Assembly: GCF_009914755.1 (NCBI RefSeq)
Contig: NC_060930.1
From: the human T2T-CHM13v2.0 reference genome, Homo sapiens
Reading direction: 5' to 3' (one strand)
Length of the DNA stretch: 64,000 nt
Part shown: one piece after another, positions 14,401-26,300 of the stretch
Numbering within the stretch: position 1 is the stretch's first letter
How the letters are laid out: every line of letters starts with the position of its first letter
The notes under the pieces: model-generated
Database searches by the model: none
Seen by the model: only the letters and a program-made list of their open reading frames with translations
Told to the model about the DNA's origin: nothing
Translations under genes and position numbers: made by a program

Positions 14401-17400
14401 GGGTGTACAACCCCCTTGTTATATTGTTTCTAATATCCAGGGGGGAATAAATGATATCACTCCCAACATCGCAGGGGGTGTACACCCGCTTTGTGATGTT
14501 GTTTCTAATATCCAGGGATAAAGAGGATGGTATTACTTCCAATATCTCAAGGGCTGTACACTCCCCCTGTGATATTGTTCCTAATATCCAGAAGGGAAAA
14601 GGATGGTACTACTCTCAGTATAGCAGGGTGGGTAAACCCTTTCTGTGAAATTGTTCCTAATATTCTTATGGGGGGCGGACGATCTTAGTTCCAATATTGC
14701 AGAAGGTGTACCCTCCCCTTGTAATATTGTTCCTAATATCCACGGTGAGAGAAGATAATATTACTTTCAATATCACAGGGGATTTACCCTCCCCCTGTGA
14801 TATTGTTTCCAATCTCCAATGAAAGAAAGGATCATATTACTTTCAATATCGCGTTGGATCTACACACCCCTGTGATATTGTTCCTAATATCCAGGGAAAA
14901 TAGGATAATATGACTCCCAATATCAGAGGAGCTGTATGCCCACGTTAGAAACTAATATCCATGGGGGTGGGGAGATAACGATATTACTCTCAATTTTGCA
15001 GGAAGTGTACACTCTTCCTGTGATATTGTTTCTGAAATCAAGAAGGGAAGAGGATAATATTACTCCCAATATCACAGGGCGTGTACACCCTCCTGTGATA
15101 TTGTTTTTAATATCCAGGTTGGGAGATAATGATATTGCGTGAGGTGTACACCACCCCCCATGATATTGTTTCTAATATACAGAGAGGGAAATGGTGATAT
15201 TACTCCCAGTATCTCAGGGAGTTTCTCCCACCCCTGTAAGATTGTTCCTAATATAAAGGGAAATAGAGGATGATATTACTTTCAACATCGCACCAATATC
15301 GCATGGGGTGTGATATTGTTCGTAATATCCAGGGAGGGAAAGGTTGATATTACTCCTAATATCGTAAGGGGTGTACCCCACTTCGGTGATATTGTTCCTA
15401 ATATCCAATGGTTAAGAGCCTGCTCTAACTCCCAACATTGCAGAAGTGAACACCCCCCGCCCCCGTGATATTGTTGCTAATATCAAGGAAGGGAAAAAAT
15501 GATGTTACTCCCATATTACAGAGGGTGTTAACCCCTCCTTTGATATTGTTCCCAATATCCAGAAAAGGAGCAGATGATATTACTCCCAATATCGCAGAAG
15601 TTGTACTTTCCTCCTGTGATATAGTTCCTAATATCTAGAAGAGAGAATGATATTACTCCCAATTTTGCAGGTGGTGTACACTAGCTTTGTGACATTGTTT
15701 CTAATATCAAGGGGAAAAGAGGATGATATTAATCGCAATGTAGCAGGGGGTGTACACACCTCCTGTGATAACGTTTCTAATATTCAAGGGAGAAGAGGAT
15801 GATATTACTGTCAATATCACAGACGGTATACGCACCCCTTGTGATATCATTTCTAATATCAAGACGGGGAGAGGATGATATTACTCCCAATATCGCACAG
15901 AGTGTATACCCCCCCGTGAGATTGTTTTTAATATCCAGTGAAAGAGAGGATGATACTACTCCCAATATCGCAGTACGTGTAAACCCTCCTGTGATATTGT
16001 TGTTAATATCCAGGTGGGGAGAGGATGATATTATTCCCAATATCGCAGAAGGTATACATCCTCTTTTGTGATATTGCTTCTAATATCCAGGAGGGGAGAG
16101 GATAATACTACTCTCAATATAGCAGAAGGCATACTCCCACCCTGTGATATTGGTCCTCATATTCAGGGGAGAAGAGTATGATATTACTTTCAATATCACA
16201 GGAATTGTAGATCCCCCCTGTGATATTGTTTTTAATATCCAGGAGATGAGAGTATATTATTACTCTCAATATCGCAGGGAGTGTACACTGCCACTGTGAA
16301 ATTTTTCCAAATATTCAGTGGGGAGAGAGGTTGATATTCCTCCCAATATAGCAACAGGTGTACAACTTTCCTGTGATATTGTTTTTAATATCCGGGGGCG
16401 AGAGGGTGATATGACTCCCAATATCGCAAGGAGTGCACACCCCTCTGTAATATTGTTCCTAATATCCAGACGGAGAGAGGATGATATTACTCCCAATATA
16501 GCAGAAGATTTACACATCAGCTGTGATATTGTTCCTAATTTCCAGTGAAGGACAGTATGATATTACTTTCAATATCACAGGGGCTGTATACCCCTCTGTG
16601 ATATTCCTCGTAATATCCAGGAGGGGAGAGGATAATTTTACCCCTAACCACGCAGAGGCTTTACCCCACTTCCTAGGATATTGTTTCTAATATACATGAG
16701 GAGAGAAAATGATATTACTATAAATATTGCATGTGGTGTACACTCCCCCTGTGATAGTTTCTAATACTTAAGAGCAGAGAGTATAATATCATTCCCAATA
16801 TCATATGGTGTGTACATTCCTCTGTGATGTTTTTTAGTAACGAAGTTGAGAGAAGATGATATTGCCTGCAATATCACACAGGGTGTACAACTCCCCTGTG
16901 ATATTATTCTCAATATACGGGGGGTGGGGGGAGAGTATGATATTATTCCTAAAATCGCGGGGAGTTTACAATACCCAGTGATATTGTTTTTAATAATAAT
17001 GGAGGAAAAGAATGATATTACTTTCAATATGGCAGACTGTGTACACCACCCTATAATATTTTTTCTAATATCCAGAGGAAGAGAGGATGATATTACTTCA
17101 ATATTGCATGGGTTGTACACACTTTCTGTGATATTCTTTCTAATATACAGGATGGGGAGAGGTTGACATTACTTCCAATATTGCAGGGTGTTTACACGCG
17201 CCCTGTGATATTGCTTTTAATACAAAAGGAGGAAGAGGATTATATTACTATCAGTATCGCAGTGTTGTACACTTTCCCAGTGATATTTTTCCTAATATTA
17301 AGGCGGGAAGATAGTGATTTTACTCCCAATATCGCAGAGTGTGCACCCTCCCTCTGTGATATTGTTCCTAATACACAGGGGGGAGGAGAGAATAATATGA

Positions 17401-20400
17401 CTCCCAATATCACACGGGGTGTACACCCTCCCTGTGATATTTTTCCTCAAATTTAGTTGGGGGAGAGGATATTACTCTTAATATCCCATGGGTTGTACAA
17501 CCCCCTTTGAAACAGTTTTAATATCCAAGGGAAAAAGAGGATGATATTTTTCTCACTATCGCTGGGAGTGTACAACTTCCTGTGTTACTGTGTCTAATAT
17601 TTAGGTTGGGAGAAATTAATGTAACTCCCAATATAGAAGGGAGTGTACACTCTTCCCGGTGATTTTGTTGCTAATATCCAAGGGCGGAGAGGATGATATT
17701 ACTTCCACTATAGCAGGGGTATACACCCCCCCACCCGATGATATTGTTTCTAATATCCAGGCGGATAGAAAATGATGTTACTCCCAATATCGTAGGGGGT
17801 GTACACTGCCCCGTGATATTGTTCCTAATATTAACGGGGGAAGAGGATGATATTACAACCCCTGTGATACAACTTTTAATATCCAGCAGGGGAGAGAACG
17901 ATATGAATCCCAATATAGCAAGGGGTGTGCACCCCCTCCATTTGTAATATTGTTTCTAATATTTAGGAAGGGAGAGGATGATATCACTCCCAAAATCGTA
18001 GGGGGAGTACACCCGCCCCGTGTTACTGTTCCTAATATCCAAGGGGGGAATAAATGATATCATTACCAATATCCTCCCTTGTGATATTGTTTCTAATATC
18101 AAGAAGGAAAGAAGATCATATAACTTCCGATGTGGCAGGGTGTATAAACTCCCACTATGATATTGTTCATAACATCCAGAAGGGAAGAGAATGACATTAC
18201 TCCAAATATCGCAGGGGGTGTACACCCCCCATGATATTTTTCCTAATTTCCAGGGAGGGGGAAAGAAAACATTACTCCCAATATTGCAGGGGTGTACACC
18301 CTCGCTTTGATATTGTGTTAAATATCAAGAGGAGGAGAAAATAATATTACTCCCAATAAGGCAGTAATATAGTTTTAATATCCAGGGGAATACAGGACGA
18401 TATTACTCCCAATATCGCAAAGGGTGTACAACCTTCTTATGATATTGTTCCTAATATCCAGAAGGTAAGAGAATACTACTTCAAATATCACAGGGGGTGT
18501 TCACCCCAACCTGTGTTATTGTTCCAATATCCAGAGAAAAAGAGAGTGATATTACTCCCAATATCTTAGGAGGTGTACAAGCCCACCCCCGTGATATTGT
18601 TTCTAATATCTAGTGGAAGAGAGGATAATATTACTCCCAATATTACACGGGGTGTACACCCACCCTGTAATATTGTTCCTAGTATCCAAGAGAGAAGAGG
18701 ATGATATTACTCCCAATATCGCAGGGGATGTACATCCCTTCTGTGACACTGTTCCTAATATATAGTGAGGGAGAGGATGGTATTACCGTCAGTATCACAG
18801 GGGGGTTACACCCTCCCTTTGATATTGTTTTTAATATCAAGGGATTTCTCCTTGATATTATATTATAGTAGATTATATTACGCTCAATATCGGAGGTGGT
18901 GTACACTACCCCTGAGAGATATTGTTTCTAATATCCAGTGGAGGAAAGTATGATATTACTTCCAAAATTGCAGGGATGTAACCCCCCCTGTGATATTGTT
19001 TCTAATATCCAGGAGGCGAGAGGATGAAATTACTCCCAATATCACAGGGGATGTACACTTTTTATTGTGCTATTGTTTGTAATATTCAGCGGTTTCTAGA
19101 ATAATATTACTCCCAATATCGCAGGGGATGTAAACCCCCTCTGCAATATTGTTTCTAATACCCAGGAGAAAAGAGGATGACATTATCCCTAATATCGCAG
19201 GGGGTGTACACAATCTTTGTAATATTTTCTTAATATGCGGGGGGCGGGGGGGGAGAAAAGGTTTTACTCCCAATACCTCAGAAGATGTACAACTTTCCTG
19301 TAATATTGTTTTAAATATCTAGGGAGGGAGAGGAGATTACTTTCAATATCGCAGGGTGTTTACACGCCCCCAGTGATATTGTTTCTAATATCCAGTGAAG
19401 GAGAGGATGATATGACTTTTAATATCGCAGGTGGTGTACACCCCCTATGACTTTTTTTAATATCCAGGGGGGAGAGGAGAATATTATTCCAAATATCTCA
19501 GAGGCTGTACACTGCCCCTGTAATATTGTTTCTAATATCCAGGTTGGGAGTAAATGACATTACTTTCAATATAGCGGGGGTGTACACTCCAATTTTGATA
19601 TTGTTCCTGATATTCAAGATGGGAGAAAGTAATAATACTTACAATTATGCAGGGCATTTACACACCCCTGAGATATTGTTTTTAATGTCCAGTTTGGAAG
19701 AGGATGCTATTATTGGCAATATCGCACCGGATGTACGCCCCCGCGTGATATTGTTCCAATTATATTGGGGAGGGAGAGGATGACATTACTCCCAATACCG
19801 CAGCACGTGTACAATGTTTTCATGATATTGTTTTTAATATCTAGGAGAGGAGAGGGTGATATTACAATATCGTGTACACCCCTCCTCTTATAATGGTTCT
19901 AATATTCAGAGGGAAAGAGGATAATAATACTTTCAATATGGCAGGGAGTGTACACCCCCCCCATGATATTGTTCCTAATATCAAAGGTTAAGAGGCTGAT
20001 ATTACTCCCAATACCACAGAAGGTAAACACGCCCTTGTCATATTGTTTATAATATCCAGAAAAGGAAAGAATAATATTACTTCAAATATCACAGAAAGTG
20101 TTCAATCTTCTGTAATATTATTCCTAACATCCAGGGAAAGAGGATAATATTACTCCCAATTTCGCAGGGTGTGTACACCCCTCACTCGGATGTTGTTTTT
20201 AATATCTAAGAAGAGAGGATGATATTACTCCCAGTATTGAGGGGGTGTACACACGCCCTGTGATATGGTTCCTAATATCCAGGGGAGAAGAGGATGATAT
20301 TACTCCAAATATCGCAGGGGATGTACACCCTCTGTGAATTTGTTTCTAATATCCAGTGGTAAAGTTGATGATAGTACTCCCAATACTGTACAAGATGTAA

Positions 20401-22129
20401 ACATTTTCTGTGATATTATTCCTTATATTAAGGAAGAGAGACTATCATATGACTTCCAATATCACTCCACCCTGTGATATTGTTCCACATATCCAAAAAA
20501 AAAAAAAAAAGAGGATGATATTACCCCTAATACCGAAGAGGGTGTGCACTTCTTTTGTGACTTTTTTTTCTGTTATCTGGGTAAAAGAAGGAGAATATTA
20601 CCCCCAATATTGCAGAGGTGTACACCTCCCTTATGATACTGTTTCTAATATAAAGGAAATAAGAGGGTGATATTATACTTTATATTGCAGGAAGTGTACA
20701 CTCCCCCTCTGATATTGTTCATAATATCCAGAAAAAAAGAGGTTGATATTATCGCCATTATCGCAAAGGGTGTCCACCCTTCCTGGATATTGTTACTAAT
20801 ATCCAAGAGGACAGAGGATGACATTACTCCCAATATTGCAGAAGGTGTATAATGCCCCTGTGATGTTGTTACTAACATACAAAATAAAAGAGGATGATAG
20901 TACTCTTAAAATTGCAGGAAGTGTACATCACCCCTGTGATATTGTTCCCAATGTCGATGAATAAAGAGAATGACATAACTCTCAATATCGCAGGGGGTGT
21001 ACACAAGCCCTCTGATATTGTTTCTAATATTTATAAAGGAAGAAGATGATATTACCCCCAATATCGCAAGGGATGTACACCCTTCTGTAATATTTTTCCT
21101 AATATCCAGGGTGGAAAAGGATGATATTACACCCAATATCTCAAAGAGTGTACACCCTTCCTGTGATACGGTTTCTAATACCCACGGGGGGGGGGAGAAT
21201 AATATTATGACCCATATCGCAGGGGGTGTACACCCCTCCTGTGATATTGTTTTTAATATCCGGGGGGTAGAAGATATTACCCCCAATATCGCAGGCGGTA
21301 TACACACCCACAATTATATTTTTCGTAATATCCAGAGGAGAGACGATGGTATTACTCCCAATGTCGCAGAGGGTGTACAACCCCATGTTATATTGTTGTT
21401 AGCATCCTGGGAAGAAGAGGATGTTACTACTCTTAATATCACAGAGGAAGGGCACGCTCCCTCTGATATAGTTTGTAATAACAAGGAGAGAGGATGATAT
21501 TACTCCCAATGTTGCAGAGGGTGTACATCCCCACTGTGACGCTGTTCGTAATATTCAGGGAGGGAGAGGATTATATTACTCCAAATACTGCAGAAGGTTT
21601 ACAACCCCCGGGGATATTGTTTCTAAATTCCAGGAGGAAAGAGGTGGTCATTACGCCCAATATCACAGAAGAGGAAACACCACCCCAGTGATATTGTTCT
21701 GAATATCTATTAAGGGGGAGAATGATATTACTCCCAATGTGACACAAACTGTGCACTACCTTTCTGATATTGTTCCTAATATCCATGAAGAATGAGTCAG
21801 GGTATTACTTTCAATATTGCAAGGGATGTACACCCCAGCTGTGATATTCTTTCTAATATTCAGGAGAAAAACACGATAAAAATGCAAATATAAAAGGGGG
21901 TGTAAAACCCACTGTGATATTGTTCCTAATATAAAGAAAATAAAAGTATGAAATTATTCCCCAAATGGCAGGAAGACTACAACCCCAAGTGATATTGTTC
22001 GTAAAATCCAGAAAAGGAGACATTACTTCCAATATCATAAAAATCCTGAGTGTCCACCACAGTGCGATATTATCGTAATATCCAGAGGAGATAATAATCC
22101 TTCCAATATAAAAATCCGGTGTGTCCACC

Positions 22130-23398
22130 CCCGGTGATATGATTCCCAGATGGTTCGTAAGAGACGGGGAGAAGAGAGGGAGCGCTCTTACTCCCCATAT
22201 AGAGAGGGTGTCCACCCCCGGCATATGGTTCGTAAGAGCCAGAAGAAGAGAGAGGGGTGCTCTTACTCCCAGTACCATATGATTCTTAAGAGCCAGGAGG
22301 TGAGAGGGGGGTGCTCTTACTTCCCATAAAGCGGGGTGTCTCCACCCCCCACCTCATGGATCGTAGAGCCAGGTGGGGATGGGGGGTGCTCTTAATCCCC
22401 ATATGAAGGGGGGCATCCACCCCCCTGCCATATGGATGATAACAGCTGGGGCGGGGAGAGGGGGTTGCTCTTACTGCCCATATGGCGGGGAGTGTCCACC
22501 CCCTGCCAAATGGATCTTAAGAGCCAGGGAGGGGGAGAGAGGGGTGCTCTTACTCCTCATATGGTGGGGGGTGCCCACCCACCAACCCGCCACATGGATC
22601 CTAAGAGCCACGTGGGGAGAGGAGGATGCTCTTACTCCCCATATGGCGGGGGGTGTCCACCTTCCCTGCCACACAAATCGTAAGTGCCGCAGCAGGGGAG
22701 AGGGGGGTGCTCTTACTCCCCATATGGTGGGGGGTGTCCACACCCCCTGCCACATGGATTGTAAGAGCCGGGGGTAGAGGGGGGGACTCTTATTCCTTCT
22801 ATGGCTGGGGGTGTCCAGCCCCCTGCCATACGGTTCGTAAGTGCCAGTGGGGGAGAGGAGATGCTTTCTCCCCTTATGGCGTGGGATGTCCACCCCCTTG
22901 CCATTCGGTTTGTTAGAGCCAGTGGGGAAGAAGGTAGTGCTCTTACTCCCAATATGGTGGGAGGTGTCCACCCCTCTGCCATCGTTCGTAAGAGCCAGTG
23001 TGGGGAGAGGGAGTCTCTTACTCCCCATATGGCTGGGGGTGTCCACCCCTTTGCCATTTGGTTCATAAGAGCCAGGAGGGAGAAGGGGGTGCTCTTACTT
23101 CCCAAATGGGGAAGGGTGTCCACCCCCCTGCCGTATGGTGCGTAAGAGCCGGTGGGGGAGAGGGGGTGCTTCTATCGCGGAGGATGTCCACCCACCTGCC
23201 ATTAGGTTAGTAGGAGCCAGGGGTGAAGGGCGGTGCTCTTACTCCCCATAAGGTGTGTGGTTATACCCCTTTGCCATTCAGTTCATATTAGCCAGAGGGG
23301 GTTGCTGTTTCTCCTCATATGGCGGGGGCTGTCTTCCCCCCTGCTGTATGGCTGCTAAGAACCAGCGGGGGAGAGGGGTTGCTCTTACTCCCCTCCAT
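22130..23398 (+). repeat. GC-rich satellite monomer variant (~17 units; GCTCTTACTCCCCATATGGCGGGGGGTGTCCACCCCCCTGCCATATGGTTCGTAAGAGCC plus G-tract)
   Basis: Same period and architecture as the main monomer, with systematic substitutions and many G4-G7 runs. Confidence 0.9.
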
Positions 23399-26300
23399 AT
23401 GGGGAGTGATATGAAGAATAATATCACTCTTTTCCCCAAAAAATATTACAAACCATGTTACAGGGACGTGTATGCCCCCCGCCATATTGGGAGATATATC
23501 ACCCTTTCTGTCCCAGTATATTACAAACCATATCACAGGAAGGTGAACTCCCTCGGCAATATGGGGAGTAATGTCACCCCCTACTCCCCAGGATATTACA
23601 AACCATATCACAGGGTGGTGTACGCCCTCCACGATATGAGAAATAATATCACCCTCTCTTCTCCACAAGGGAGTGCATGCCCCTTACGACTTTTGAAGTA
23701 AAATTATCCACTTCCCCCAGAATATTACAAACCATATCACAGGGGGTTTGTGCCCTCCCCGATATGGGGAATAATATTGCCCTCTCTTTCCCAAGATATC
23801 ACGAACCACGGCCCAGGGGTGTCTACGCCTTGCACAATAAGGAAATTAATATCACCCTTTCCCCCCCAAAAAAATTACAAACTATGTCACAGAGAAGTGT
23901 ATGCTCTTTGCGATATGGGGTGTAGTGTCATCCTCTCCCTTCTTGGAAATTATGAACCACAGGGTGTGTACGCCCCACGATGGCTAGAGTAATATCACCC
24001 TCTCCCCCATGGAATATTACAAACCATATTACAGGGGGGTGTATGGTCTAGCCGATCTGGGTAGTAATATCACCCTCTCCCCCCGAAGATATTACGAACC
24101 ACATCACAGGTATGTTTACACTCCCGCGATAAGGAAAGTAATATTCCCTTCTCCCCACCGGGATATTACCGACCATATCACAGAGGGGTGTACGTCCCCC
24201 CACCCCGCAATATTGGGAGTAACATCAGCTTCTCTTTCCCAAGGTACTATGAACCATATCATAGAGGGTTATACGTCCCTAGCGATATCAGGAGTAATAT
24301 CTCCCTCTCCCTCCTGGAATATTACAAACCGTATCACAGGGTAGTGTATACCCCAAGCGAGATGGAAAATAATATTACCCTCTCCCACACGAAATATTAC
24401 AATCCAAATCACAAGGTGGTGTACTTTCTTGCAATATGGAAAGTAACATTACCCTCCCCTACTCGGAATATTATGAACCATATTACAGGCGGGTGTACGT
24501 CCCAACCACGAAATGGGGAGTAATATCACCCTCTCCACCCGAGACATCAGGAAGCATATCACAGGTCTCGTGATATAGGGAGTAATATTACCCTGTTTCC
24601 CCCTGGATATTATGAACAATATCACAGGGGGGTGTACAACCCCCCAATATGGGAAGTAATATCACCCTCTCTATTCCTGGATATTACAAATCATATCAAA
24701 GGTGGGTTTACATCCCCCCAAATATGGGGAGTAATACCCTCTTCCCACTGAATGTTATGAACAATATAACAGGGGTTGTACACCTCCCACCATATGAGGT
24801 GTAATATCACCCTCTATTCCTTGAGATATGACGAACCATATCACAGGGGAGTGTATGCCCTTTGCTATATGGGGAGTAATATAATCCTTTCCCCTTCAGA
24901 ATATTAAGAACCATATCACAGAAGGGTGTACGCCCTCCGCTATATATGGGGAGCAAGATCACCCTCTCTTCCCTGGGATATTACAAACCATATTACAGAG
25001 AGATGTAGCCCCCTGGCGATATGTGGAGTAATATCACCATCTCCTCTACAGGATATTGCAAACCATATCATGGGGGGGGGGTGTACGTTCCCCGCGATAT
25101 GGAAAGTATTATCATCCTCTCTCCCCCTCCATATTATTAACCATATCACAGGGTGGTGTAAAACCTCCACGATATGGGGAGTGATATCACCCTCTCCCCC
25201 CCCCAGAATATTATGAACCATATAACGAGGGGGGGTATGCCCTCCACGATATGGTGAATAATATCACCCACTCCCCCCCACCCGCCCGGGATATTTCAAA
25301 CCATGTCACAGGGGGGTGTACAACCAACACAATAAGGAAAGTAGTATTACCCTGTTTCCCCCAAAATATTATGAACCAGGTCACATAGGGGTGTACGCTC
25401 CCCACAATTTAGGGAGTAATGCCACCCTCTCCCTTCCAGGAAATAATGAACCATGTCACAGTGGGGTGTAAGCTTCCGTGGTATGGAGAGTAATATCACC
25501 CTTTCTTCCCCGGGATATTAGGAACCATATCACAAGGGGGTGTACGCTCCCCGCGGTATAAGAAGTCATATCCTCCTCTCCCCACCAGGATATTACAGAC
25601 CATATCACAGAGGGGTGTACACCCCCGTGGTATAAGAAGTAATATCACCCTCTCCCCCTGGGGATATTATGAACCATATAACAAGGGAGTGTACGCCCCC
25701 CCCCACCCCGCGATGTGGGGAGTAATATCAACTTCTTTTTCCCAAGATATTATGAACCGTATCACAGGGGGGTGTACGCCTACCACGATATGGGGAGTAA
25801 TATCACCCTCTCTCCCCTGAAATATTACGAATCATATACAAGGGGTTTACGCCCCTCACTATATGGAGAGCAATATCACCCTCTCCCACCCGGAATATTA
25901 CAAACCATATCACAGGGGATGTACACTCCATGCGATATGAGGAGTAATATCACCCTGTGATATTATGAATTATATCACAGAGGGGTGTATGCCCCTCACG
26001 ATATGGAGAGTAATATCAGCCTCTCAAACCTGGAAGATTACGAACTATATCACACTTTCGCGATATAGGGAGTAATACTACCCTCTACCCGCCCCCCCGG
26101 ATATTACAAACCATATCATGAGAGTGGGGTGTCTTCACTACGTGACATGGAGAGTAGTATCACCCTCTCCCTCCTGTATATTATGAACCATATCACAGGG
26201 GGATATAGGCTTCCTGCGATATGGGAAGTAATATCTCCCTCTAGCCTTCTGGATATTACAAACTGTATCACAGGGGGTGTACACTCCCCTCGATGTGGGG

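Larger units (their letters stand above)
10136..23398 (+). repeat. Satellite orientation block 3 (contains the LTR22 insertion and a GC-rich terminal segment)
   Basis: + monomers resume at TGGATATTACTCCCAATATT (10131-10150). Confidence 0.9.

Noticed and set aside
22373-23210. Longer ORFs (up to 191 aa) and CpG-island-like GC content
   Set aside because: These result from the GC-rich satellite variant losing stop codons; the sequence is still 75-bp periodic.
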